Part shown: positions 17,425-26,303 of the stretch, one piece after another
How the letters are laid out: every line of letters begins with the position of its first letter
How positions within the stretch are numbered: position 1 is the stretch's first letter
IMG/VR virus record: IMGVR_UViG_3300047157_000197
Coordinates: 1 to 64,000 of that record
Reading direction: 5' to 3' (one strand)
Length of the DNA: 64,000 bases
Position numbers and translations under genes: made by a program
Notes under the pieces: generated by a model
The model's database searches: none
Seen by the model: the letters and a program-made list of their open reading frames with translations, nothing else
Told to the model about the DNA's origin: nothing

Positions 17425-17622
17425 ATGAAAGATAAGATAGTATTTCTTTTATCGGTAGGTATAATCGTTTTACTTGGAATGTTAATAATAGGAGATTTTA
17501 TTATTTCTTTAAAAGAAAACAGACCAGTAGATGAATCAATTATACATTTGATACAAATATCAATTACAGGTATAATAGGAATATTAGGAACTTATTTTGG
17601 AATGAAAAACAAAAACAAATAA
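17425..17622 (+). CDS. Two-TM small protein (holin-like size)
   Basis: Two hydrophobic helices, basic C-terminus. Confidence 0.55.
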   Translation: MKDKIVFLLSVGIIVLLGMLIIGDFIISLKENRPVDESIIHLIQISITGIIGILGTYFGMKNKNK

Positions 17623-17625
17623 ATT

Positions 17626-17862
17626 ATGGCAAATCCAATAGTATGTCTTGAAGCAATCAACAAAGTAAAATCCTCAGTTCAAGGGAATGACCCAAGAACT
17701 TGGATGAAAGCCTGTGCAATAGAAACCTTACTAAAAGGTAAAAGTGGTAAACATTTTAAAAATTGTTTAATAGGTAAAATGGAATCTACTGCTCATCATA
17801 TCGAAGACCCTGCTGGTTATGCAGATGAATTGTATAATAAGATTAAGGGAGCTTGTAGTTAA
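17626..17862 (+). CDS. Small helical protein with four Cys
   Basis: 78 aa; Cys near both termini. Confidence 0.6.
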   Translation: MANPIVCLEAINKVKSSVQGNDPRTWMKACAIETLLKGKSGKHFKNCLIGKMESTAHHIEDPAGYADELYNKIKGACS

Positions 17863-17868
17863 ATAAAA

Positions 17869-18075
17869 ATGGTATTTCCTTCATATAAAAGACCGATAGA
17901 ATATATTAATAAGAAACCTTTTCTTATTCATTCTATTATGCCTATTGATAGAGTTAGGAACGCTAACATGGTTAAAGAATGGTTAGGAGTTGATACTGTA
18001 TTTAAAGTACATTCAAAAGGAGTGTACTATTTTTGTGAAGAAATAAAAGAACCCGAATGGGAAAATATAGATTAA
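17869..18075 (+). CDS. Hypothetical protein
   Basis: 68 aa ORF in operon. Confidence 0.6.
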   Translation: MVFPSYKRPIEYINKKPFLIHSIMPIDRVRNANMVKEWLGVDTVFKVHSKGVYYFCEEIKEPEWENID

Positions 18076-18088
18076 ATACTTATATAAT

Positions 18089-18547
18089 ATGAGATGGGTA
18101 GAATACTTTAGAAACTTGGCACACCAAGTAAAACTTAAATCAAAAGATGAAAGCACACAGATAGGTGCAATTATCGTTGGTAAAGATAAAGAAATTGTAT
18201 CTACTGGATATAACTCATTCCCACGAGGATTGACAGATGATATTAAATCAAGACAAGAACGACCTGAAAAATATTATTGGTTTGAACATGCTGAAAGAAA
18301 TGCAATATACAATGCTGCAAGAATAGGAGTATCTACTAAAGGAACTACTATGTATCTTAGTTGTGGAATCCCATGTGTAGATTGTGCAAGAGGAATCATA
18401 AATGCTGGTATCACAAGAATCTTTTGTGAACGAGGTGTTACCACTAAAGGAAAACATTGGGAAGAAAATTACCACAGAAGCTTCGATATGTTAGAAGAAG
18501 CAGAAATAAATGTTCAATTTTATGACAATGAATATGGAGGGTTGTAA
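18089..18547 (+). CDS. dCMP deaminase family protein
   Basis: TGYN, HAERNAI and PCVDC zinc-deaminase motifs. Confidence 0.9.
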   Translation: MRWVEYFRNLAHQVKLKSKDESTQIGAIIVGKDKEIVSTGYNSFPRGLTDDIKSRQERPEKYYWFEHAERNAIYNAARIGVSTKGTTMYLSCGIPCVDCARGIINAGITRIFCERGVTTKGKHWEENYHRSFDMLEEAEINVQFYDNEYGGL

Positions 18548-18576
18548 TACTTATAATTATAAAGGAGGTATTCACT

Positions 18577-18738
18577 ATGTCAACATGCTCAAAGTACACA
18601 GAAGAACTATTACACAAATCCCATTCACTTGGTATAATCGATGATGTATATTCTTTATCTAAAGAAATTAGAGAACAAGATACACGAATAGATTTTGATT
18701 GTGCTATTGAAAAGGCATTCAATCATCTTACCAAGTAA
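18577..18738 (+). CDS. 53 aa hypothetical protein, missing from ORF track
   Basis: MSTCSKYTEELLHKSHSLGII...; strong SD AAAGGAGGT at 18561-18569, TACTTATA at 18548-18555. Confidence 0.6.
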   Translation: MSTCSKYTEELLHKSHSLGIIDDVYSLSKEIREQDTRIDFDCAIEKAFNHLTK

Positions 18739-18750
18739 TTTCTTTTAATA

Positions 18751-18758
18751 TATTTATA
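18751..18758 (+). promoter_or_regulatory. Putative late promoter TATTTATA
   Basis: 17 nt before ATG 18776. Confidence 0.5.
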
Positions 18759-18775
18759 TTAAAGAAAACCGCATA

Positions 18776-19741
18776 ATGGCTCGTACAGAAATAAATAGTG
18801 GAGATTCTAATAGCTCAACACAAACTACTATCTTAAATAACTTAAGACCAGAGCAGGGTATAACAGAACCAATACAACCAACTGATAGTAATTCCACAGA
18901 CACTTCTAATACAAACACCCCACCAACACCATCAACAGGTTTAGATATTACAAACATAACCGCAACCGAAGTTGTGGGAATGAGTAGTTTACCTTACGTT
19001 CAACAACCATATCCATTTGAGGTAGGAATAGACCCATCTTCAAAATACATAGTTTCTAATGATGCAATAAAATTTACAGGAAAATATGATGAAAATTTTA
19101 TAAAGTTCAAAACATATTCAATTGATGATATTCTTTCTTTAGATATAGCTGAATATCCAACTAGTTTTAATTTTATAGTAGAGTTTATAGATGATGCAAC
19201 ACGAGAGTTTTGGTCATCACCAGATTTAGTAGCTCAACTAAAAGCAGAAAAACAAGCAGGAAACCCATATACTAATAGAAGAACAGTGCCTATTATTCAA
19301 TTTGATTTTAAATTTATAAAAAACTATGGTATAGGTGAACAGTTTAAAATACCAGAAGATTATGCAGAAGTTGAAGTTCTCTCTACAATTACTTCAAAAG
19401 AAGATGTCTTGAAACATATAAACTGGTTAGTAAGTAGTGATACTTCTTTACGACCTGCTAGTGAAATGGGAAGTTGGGAATTACAACTTACAGAAACTTT
19501 AGGAATGGACCATTCCAAGGAATTGGATGCATTAAATTCAAAACTTATAAACGAAGAATCAAATATATCAGAAAATATAAGACCAGATGATTATGATGAT
19601 AGTGATACAGCCACAAATTCTTTTATAGAATTTTCTCCATTTGGTGTACCTGGTCAAAGAGCACATGAACGTAGAAGATATGAAGGTACATTATATAGAT
19701 GGAGTAAGATTAACAATACTTGGTTTATTATAACGGAATGA
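18776..19741 (+). CDS. Hypothetical protein, possibly virion-associated
   Basis: 321 aa with S/T/P/N-rich N-terminus; late motif upstream. Confidence 0.6.
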   Translation: MARTEINSGDSNSSTQTTILNNLRPEQGITEPIQPTDSNSTDTSNTNTPPTPSTGLDITNITATEVVGMSSLPYVQQPYPFEVGIDPSSKYIVSNDAIKFTGKYDENFIKFKTYSIDDILSLDIAEYPTSFNFIVEFIDDATREFWSSPDLVAQLKAEKQAGNPYTNRRTVPIIQFDFKFIKNYGIGEQFKIPEDYAEVEVLSTITSKEDVLKHINWLVSSDTSLRPASEMGSWELQLTETLGMDHSKELDALNSKLINEESNISENIRPDDYDDSDTATNSFIEFSPFGVPGQRAHERRRYEGTLYRWSKINNTWFIITE

Positions 19742-19742
19742 T

Positions 19743-20090
19743 ATGGTTAATAACAACTTATTAGCAACAACGTCTTGGAGAAATTATTTACTTCCAAGAA
19801 ATCAACGCGTTACAAACTTTTTAAAATCGCGTGGGTCTGATGTATTTTGGCAAATATGTCAAAACATACATGAAGCATATAGAGATAAGAAAAGTGAATT
19901 AATGATGTTGATACATCCAAACTTATCACACGCAATATTAATACCAGAAAAAGATTATATTGAAGTAATTAATCTTGCACTAAAACATTTTACAGAAGAT
20001 GAGAATTATGAAAAGTGTATTAAAATTAATACTATAAAAATAGATATAACAACAAAAACAAAAGTTATTTCAGATATATCTTTATTATAA
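19743..20090 (+). CDS. Hypothetical protein
   Basis: 115 aa; ENYEKC helix. Confidence 0.6.
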   Translation: MVNNNLLATTSWRNYLLPRNQRVTNFLKSRGSDVFWQICQNIHEAYRDKKSELMMLIHPNLSHAILIPEKDYIEVINLALKHFTEDENYEKCIKINTIKIDITTKTKVISDISLL

Positions 20091-20098
20091 TACAAAAC

Positions 20099-20644
20099 AT
20101 GGTTTTACAAAAAATATTATTTTCTAAAGAGGAATGTAATAAAATATTATCTTTTTCTAAAAGTTTTAAACAATCAACTGTTACCACTACATCTACATCT
20201 AATTCCCCCCACAAATTCACAATCTCTTATAACAAAGAACATAGAGATTCACTAACATCTAATGTTGATTGTCTTGAAATTGGAAAAATTATATTACCTA
20301 AAATCTCTTTATTGGATGATACTATAATATCAACACCTACAATAAACATGAATATAGTAAAGTATGAAGAAGGTCATTACTTTAAAAAACACCAAGATAG
20401 AAGTAGTGATAATTATTTTGAAAGAAAAAAAACATTAGTAGTACAACTATCCGAAGAAGATACATATAAAGGTGGTTCTTTACGAGTTTGGGAAAATGAA
20501 AAAAATCCATATATAACTGCTTCAAAGAAAATAGGAAACACAATTATATTTGATTCTGGTCATTATCATGAAGTTACTACATTGGAAGTAGGAACTCGAT
20601 ATGCATTGATATGTTGGTTAGAACCTAATAATTTAAAAAAGTAG
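20099..20644 (+). CDS. 2OG-Fe(II) oxygenase
   Basis: HQD, LVVQLSEEDTYKGG, HEV, RYALICW. Confidence 0.88.
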   Translation: MVLQKILFSKEECNKILSFSKSFKQSTVTTTSTSNSPHKFTISYNKEHRDSLTSNVDCLEIGKIILPKISLLDDTIISTPTINMNIVKYEEGHYFKKHQDRSSDNYFERKKTLVVQLSEEDTYKGGSLRVWENEKNPYITASKKIGNTIIFDSGHYHEVTTLEVGTRYALICWLEPNNLKK

Positions 20645-20684
20645 TTTTCTTTTGTTTAATAAACACCAAAAGTTATTTTAATTA

Positions 20685-20692
20685 TATTTATA
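20685..20692 (+). promoter_or_regulatory. Putative late promoter TATTTATA
   Basis: Upstream of the Hint protein. Confidence 0.5.
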
Positions 20693-20726
20693 TACAAACG
20701 ATAAACATTACAAAAGGAAATAAATA

Positions 20727-23021
20727 ATGAAAGGAACTTTATTCTCAGCGGATTTTATAGAAGATTCAAGCTCAAACCTTAGATTATTAGAATTAAATAC
20801 CGATACTGGTTTTATATCAAATACATTAGATACACGATTTGATTTTACAGCTTTCAACACAGTACTATCAACAAATAATATAACAGAGCTAGTTATTGTT
20901 TATAAAGATTTTCAAAAAAACTTTGTAACAACACTTGAATCATATATACAATCCAACGCAACATTTATAACAACAGTTACAAAACAAGTTGAGGATTCTG
21001 ATAGTATATATCCTACGGCAGTTACTGATGCTGCTGATAAGTTTATACTTAGGTTAGCATATGATGAAAACGCATTGTTTGATTCAACGTATTGTAAAGA
21101 AAGAGCAAATGTACAAAAATTATTTTATGATAATTCTGCAACAGGTTCTATACCTGAGTTTTATTATAGTGGTAGTGATTATGTTGTAAATACACTTACT
21201 AGTGATTTAAACGCACATTCAATTTTACCTGATTTAGTTGTTAAAGATAAAACAGAAACATTTAGTCCTTTAAGGTTTTTAAAACTTGGTAACGCAACAT
21301 CAGCTTCTGCAGATAGAATTAGTGATTACGTTAACAATTACATAGGAGATTCTCAAACAGTTGAAAAATTCCATTACAACAATGCAGATATTACAGCGGA
21401 TAATAAATTATCAGCTATAAGAATATTTGGGATTGTATATGGTTCAGATATTAATCATGTAGTTATTGGTCAATATAAAGTACCATCGTTTTTTGAAATA
21501 CCAACGGCCGATTCTTTATCTTATATAGAATCTAATAAATTAATAAATGAATACCAACCTAAACATTATTTTGAACTTACTTCAAATTATGTTAGACTTA
21601 CAACAGAAGATGCAATTCATAAAGATGAAGTAGTAATCACATCTACTGATGGTGAACTACAAGTAGAAAATGTAGTAACTGGTTCTCTGCTTAAATCAAT
21701 GTTTATTGCTGGGTCACCAGATACTGATGATTTAGATGTTTATAAACATTGGGTTGCAACTGGTTCTATACTTCCAAGCGGTTCGTTTGTAACACAATCA
21801 ATTGTTACTTCAGTTGAGGAAAGTTCGCTTGATAATTATGGTATGACTGGAGAAATTATATTAGCAAATGATGAAAAAATATATACATCTATAACAAAAA
21901 ATTTATTAGCATATAATACAAGTTCTAATGATTATAGATTCTTACAACAGTACGAACTAATACCATCAGAACATTTCTTAGTAGATAAAGATGATAATAA
22001 AATTAATATAGTAGCTAACAATGTTGCAGTATTAGATGATGCATCAATTGAAAATTATTATAGAATTGATGTTGAAACAACCGATTCATATTTTGTAAGT
22101 GCATCTGCAAATTCATTTATTGTTCACAATGCTCCATGTTTTATAGCAGGAACTAAAGTTCATATAGAAGAAAAAGGAATAACAAACATTGAAGATGTTG
22201 AAGTTGGAGATAAAGTTATTTCATACAACCACGATACAGACACATCAGAATATAAAGAAGTATTAAAGGTTAGAAAACAAGAAGATAAAAATGTTGTAAA
22301 ATATGTATTTGAAAATGGTACAGAATTAACAGGTACACCAGACCACCCATTGTTTGTAAATGGCAAAGGATACTCTTCATATTATCCAAAAGAAACACTT
22401 GAAGATAGTGGATTGGACGTAGAACAGATATTACTTGGTGATGAAGTTTTACATATAGATGGATATGGTGTAGTTATATCTGATATTATAGAGATAGAAG
22501 AAACACATACAGTTTATAATCTAGAAGAAGTAGAAGATAATCATAACTTTTTTGTAAACCAATTTTTGGCACACAATAGAGAAAGTTTACCTTGTTGTTT
22601 TATCGCAGGTACACAAATATCTTTATCTAATAACGATAGTAAAAATATAGAAGATATTATAATAGGTGATGAAGTAATAGGTTGGAAAGATGGTGAGTTT
22701 ACAAATGGTCTTGTAACTGAGTTAAAACCAACAATACTAGGTAACCGTTCTTTATATAATATCAACGATTTTGAATTAACATTTACAAGTGAACATCCAT
22801 TTTTAACAAAAGATGGTTGGAAATCAATTGCACCAGATAGTGGAACTGGTTATGGAATTTTAGAAGTAAATGATATTATCAATAAAGATGGTAAATGGAT
22901 TCAAATAAAAGAAATCAAAGAAGTTCAAGGAGATGCTGAATACAACACTCCAGTTTATAACTTTACAGTAAAGGATATTCGCAGTTATATTGCTGATGGT
23001 ATCGTAGTACATAACAAATAA
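20727..23021 (+). CDS. Protein with three tandem Hint (intein-like) domains, the first degenerate
   Basis: ...IVHN-AP-CFIAGTKV...TPDH...LAHN-RESLPC-CFIAGTQI...TSEH...VVHN-K. Confidence 0.85.
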   Translation: MKGTLFSADFIEDSSSNLRLLELNTDTGFISNTLDTRFDFTAFNTVLSTNNITELVIVYKDFQKNFVTTLESYIQSNATFITTVTKQVEDSDSIYPTAVTDAADKFILRLAYDENALFDSTYCKERANVQKLFYDNSATGSIPEFYYSGSDYVVNTLTSDLNAHSILPDLVVKDKTETFSPLRFLKLGNATSASADRISDYVNNYIGDSQTVEKFHYNNADITADNKLSAIRIFGIVYGSDINHVVIGQYKVPSFFEIPTADSLSYIESNKLINEYQPKHYFELTSNYVRLTTEDAIHKDEVVITSTDGELQVENVVTGSLLKSMFIAGSPDTDDLDVYKHWVATGSILPSGSFVTQSIVTSVEESSLDNYGMTGEIILANDEKIYTSITKNLLAYNTSSNDYRFLQQYELIPSEHFLVDKDDNKINIVANNVAVLDDASIENYYRIDVETTDSYFVSASANSFIVHNAPCFIAGTKVHIEEKGITNIEDVEVGDKVISYNHDTDTSEYKEVLKVRKQEDKNVVKYVFENGTELTGTPDHPLFVNGKGYSSYYPKETLEDSGLDVEQILLGDEVLHIDGYGVVISDIIEIEETHTVYNLEEVEDNHNFFVNQFLAHNRESLPCCFIAGTQISLSNNDSKNIEDIIIGDEVIGWKDGEFTNGLVTELKPTILGNRSLYNINDFELTFTSEHPFLTKDGWKSIAPDSGTGYGILEVNDIINKDGKWIQIKEIKEVQGDAEYNTPVYNFTVKDIRSYIADGIVVHNK

Positions 23022-23036
23022 TAAATAAAAAGAAAA

Positions 23037-23186
23037 ATGGCAAATACACCTCTATCAACTTATAAGACAATACCAGTTGCTGATTTATATACACGACCTT
23101 CGAGTGCATTAACTAGTGATGAATCAACTAAAAGTGATACTATATTAAGTAATTTTTTTACTTACTTTAAAGCGAAACACTCATAA
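23037..23186 (+). CDS. 49 aa hypothetical protein, missing from ORF track
   Basis: MANTPLSTYKTIPVADLYTRPSS...FFTYFKAKHS; A-rich leader. Confidence 0.5.
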   Translation: MANTPLSTYKTIPVADLYTRPSSALTSDESTKSDTILSNFFTYFKAKHS

Positions 23187-23205
23187 TAGAACCAAAATTC
23201 TGTTT

Positions 23206-23934
23206 ATGGATATTTTGAAATATTGGAATAAAATTACATTTGATATAACATCTTTCAAATGGTTTTTATCCGAGAGAAAAAATAAAAGTTTTAAAACAAG
23301 TGGTTCTGATAGTACCACTAACAATCTTTATACTTACAACGACTTAGGATTTAGAGGTGATTCACTTCCTCTTGTTGGTAAAAAGTTAATGGCAGTTGGT
23401 TGTTCTCACACAGAAGGAATTGGTGTAAACGATAATCAAACCTGGCCTCACTACTTATCTAAACTCTTAAACTATTCACACATCAACTTTGGATTTACTG
23501 GTAGGAGTAATGATTATATAGCTAGATGTATCTTAACCTTTACCGAAGAAATAAAACCTGATTTAGTTTGTATAATGTATTCTTATCCAGAAAGACGAGA
23601 ATATTACACAAAAGAAAACGGAGTTGAACCATTTCACCCAAACCCTTGGGGATGGTTTTCAGAATCAAAAAATACAAATTATTTTAAATCTAAATTACAA
23701 CTATCGAATGATAATGAGGATTTTATAAATTGGTATAAAAATCATTTACTAATTACAAACTTTTTACAGAACAAGAACATTCCTTATATTTGGAATGGAA
23801 TATTTATTAACAATGAGTATGATGATGGTTTTAGATTTGATGGTGATTATAATATACCATATAACAACCACGCAACTCCAAACGAAAATAAAGATTACGC
23901 AAATAAATTATTTAATTTTATAAAGAAAAAATAA
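23206..23934 (+). CDS. SGNH/GDSL-like protein
   Basis: AVGCSHTEG, GRSNDYIAR, C-terminal NHATP. Confidence 0.65.
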   Translation: MDILKYWNKITFDITSFKWFLSERKNKSFKTSGSDSTTNNLYTYNDLGFRGDSLPLVGKKLMAVGCSHTEGIGVNDNQTWPHYLSKLLNYSHINFGFTGRSNDYIARCILTFTEEIKPDLVCIMYSYPERREYYTKENGVEPFHPNPWGWFSESKNTNYFKSKLQLSNDNEDFINWYKNHLLITNFLQNKNIPYIWNGIFINNEYDDGFRFDGDYNIPYNNHATPNENKDYANKLFNFIKKK

Positions 23935-24599
23935 TGGGTACAGAAAACAAAAGTAAAACTCCACCAAAGGGAAAAGTTAGATTTTCAATTACATTATCAG
24001 AAGAACAAAAGATGGCTAAGACAAATATCTTATATCATCCTTATAACTTTGTTCTTGGAAAAGCAGGTAGTGGTAAAACGTTACTTGCAGTACAAATCGG
24101 ATTAGATATGTTTTTTCAAAGAAAGATAAATCAAATCATTATAACAAGACCAACAGTATCTAATGAAGATAATGGATATCTACCAGGTTCACTTGATGAA
24201 AAGATGGAACCTTGGTTAGTACCAATTCGTTCCAATATGAGAAAGGTTTATAACAAACCAGCCATTTTAGAAAAAATGGAATCTGATGAGAAGATTGAAT
24301 TGGTATCTTTATCTCACTTTAGAGGAAGAACATTTGATAACGCAATAGTTATAGTAGATGAGTTCCAAAACTTGACTAAACAACAACTTAGTATGGTGTT
24401 GGGTAGATTGGGTAAGGGTTCTACTATGATACTTTGTGGAGACCCACAACAAATTGATTTAAAGTTTGCTAATGATTCTGCTATACACGAAGTACCAAAG
24501 GTTAAAGAATCTAAATATGTTTATTCAGTTAGTCTATTAGATAACCACAGACATGAATCATTAGATGAGATACTAAGATTGTTACAAAATTACGCATAA
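23934..24599 (+). CDS. phoH: PhoH-family ATPase
   Basis: GKAGSGKT, ITRP, GYLPGSLDEKM, RGRTF, IVDEFQN, GDPQQID. Confidence 0.92.
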   Translation: MGTENKSKTPPKGKVRFSITLSEEQKMAKTNILYHPYNFVLGKAGSGKTLLAVQIGLDMFFQRKINQIIITRPTVSNEDNGYLPGSLDEKMEPWLVPIRSNMRKVYNKPAILEKMESDEKIELVSLSHFRGRTFDNAIVIVDEFQNLTKQQLSMVLGRLGKGSTMILCGDPQQIDLKFANDSAIHEVPKVKESKYVYSVSLLDNHRHESLDEILRLLQNYA

Positions 24600-24615
24600 T
24601 TGTTAAGGTAAAACT

Positions 24616-24632
24616 TTAACATAATTTTAACA
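24616..24632 (+). promoter_or_regulatory. TTAACA-N5-TTAACA direct repeat (OmpR/PhoP-type box-like)
   Basis: 11 bp period, directly upstream of a -33 element. Confidence 0.45.
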
Positions 24633-24639
24633 TTTAATA

Positions 24640-24671
24640 TTAGGTTTTGTAGTTTATTTTCACTATATTTA
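24640..24671 (+). promoter_or_regulatory. Bacteroidota-type promoter
   Basis: TTAGG-N19-TATATTTA. Confidence 0.7.
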
Positions 24672-24708
24672 CTATGTAAATAATTAATAACACTTAAAAC
24701 TTAAATAA

Positions 24709-24987
24709 ATGAATTACTTAGTACATCCTCAACATATCGTATCAAGAGCCCTTGGTATCGATTCTTTCACAAAAATGATTAATGACGAACAAGTTCAATT
24801 CTCTGAATTGGTTGATACCTCAGTTGAAATAGCTGAAGAATGGACTAATGATTGGGATGAAGACCAAGGATTTGGTTCTTCAGATGGAACTTACCTTCTA
24901 AAAGATTTTATTGATACTATTATATCATCTTACACTAAGGGATATAAAACAGTATTTAATCCTTCATTATCAATCGTAAAACTTTAA
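24709..24987 (+). CDS. Hypothetical protein
   Basis: 92 aa after promoter. Confidence 0.6.
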   Translation: MNYLVHPQHIVSRALGIDSFTKMINDEQVQFSELVDTSVEIAEEWTNDWDEDQGFGSSDGTYLLKDFIDTIISSYTKGYKTVFNPSLSIVKL

Positions 24988-24990
24988 GAC

Positions 24991-25245
24991 ATGAGAATAG
25001 GATATAAAAAATTTAAAGAAATTAAAAAATGGTATGGTTCATCTGATTTTGAAATCGGATATGATTCTTACTTTACTCAAGGTAAAGGAATAACACTTAG
25101 ATTTGGGTATTGGCAAAAAGTAGATTTTGAAGGATTACAAGAAATACTACCACATTATTGTAAGGTAACCGAAAACATTGTTGATGAAGATGATGATTGT
25201 GGAACTTTATATAATTATAATATTACTGATGATAGAATTTATTAA
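24991..25245 (+). CDS. Hypothetical protein
   Basis: 84 aa ORF. Confidence 0.6.
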   Translation: MRIGYKKFKEIKKWYGSSDFEIGYDSYFTQGKGITLRFGYWQKVDFEGLQEILPHYCKVTENIVDEDDDCGTLYNYNITDDRIY

Positions 25246-25296
25246 AAATAATGTTATTTAGAATCAATATAAACTGATAAAATAAATCACTTTTTA

Positions 25297-25328
25297 CTTG
25301 ACTCGTATTGCTTTTTTTCGTATATTAG
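25297..25328 (+). promoter_or_regulatory. Bacteroidota-type promoter
   Basis: CTTGA-N19-TATATTAG. Confidence 0.65.
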
Positions 25329-25383
25329 TCTTGTAGTTGAGTTGGGGATTTAACCCCATTAATAAACCTTTAAAATATAAAAT

Positions 25384-25683
25384 ATGATAAAAGAAATGAA
25401 TTTAGGATTAGTAAAAATGAATGAGAGTAAGACTGAACTTTATGGAGTTCAATATTACAAATCTAAGTGGGAAAGAAACTTAGGTGATACTTTAACTATC
25501 GATGGTGAAAAGTGGTTAGTTGGTATTATCGGTGATACTAAGAATGGTGTAATTTCTGCTCTTAATGATATTGTTAAAAAACACAATTCTATAACCAATA
25601 AGAAAAAATACCAACAGAGAAAAGAAGAAAAGTTCATTATGAATAATATTCTTAATAATGTAATGAAAGAATTAAACCTTTAA
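25384..25683 (+). CDS. Hypothetical protein
   Basis: 99 aa ORF. Confidence 0.6.
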   Translation: MIKEMNLGLVKMNESKTELYGVQYYKSKWERNLGDTLTIDGEKWLVGIIGDTKNGVISALNDIVKKHNSITNKKKYQQRKEEKFIMNNILNNVMKELNL

Positions 25684-25695
25684 AATAATTAAAAT

Positions 25696-25887
25696 ATGAT
25701 AAAAGTAAACGATAAAATAAAATTTGAAAACAAGTATGGAACAATACAAGAAGGAATTGTTACCGATACTAACTACCAATGTGAATTTGATGCAGACCTT
25801 AATGGGTGTGTTAGAATAGACGTAGATTATGGCAATAAAATCATTGGTTCAATAAGTACATTAATAGATAAATCACAAATAATATAA
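25696..25887 (+). CDS. Small SH3/KOW-like protein
   Basis: IKVNDKIKF...EGIVTD pattern. Confidence 0.5.
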   Translation: MIKVNDKIKFENKYGTIQEGIVTDTNYQCEFDADLNGCVRIDVDYGNKIIGSISTLIDKSQII

Positions 25888-25904
25888 ATTTTAAAACGTA
25901 AAAT

Positions 25905-26087
25905 ATGAGTAAATTAAATGAAAGATATCCGAATGGGTACATGGGTAAAATTGAGTATTGGACTAGTAAGTTGAATGCTGAGGTTATGAATACGAAAGTT
26001 CCTAACTTAGAGGAGATAGATAGGATTCACAGAAAGTTGGATTACTTTATCCAAAGACAATGGGATTCCGTAGTAACAGTAAAATAA
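25905..26087 (+). CDS. Hypothetical protein
   Basis: 60 aa ORF. Confidence 0.55.
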   Translation: MSKLNERYPNGYMGKIEYWTSKLNAEVMNTKVPNLEEIDRIHRKLDYFIQRQWDSVVTVK

Positions 26088-26303
26088 GATTTAGTACTAA
26101 CCAGTAAAATTAATTAAAATGATAAAAGCAATTAAAAGTAAATTATTAACTTACCTATTCAAAGATTGGGTAATGAATGAAACAGATTTAGAAACACTAC
26201 AAGTATCTAAACAATTTATCTCAAAAAGAGAACAAGCAATTACAGGTCATGTACCGATATTGGGATTCAGGTCTCACTCAACCGAGAAGATACAATAAAA
26301 ATT

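Noticed and set aside
22137-23015. Calling the Hint domains mobile inteins
   Set aside because: No homing endonuclease, no C/S/T +1 nucleophile and no interrupted host gene; treated as BIL-like auto-processing domains
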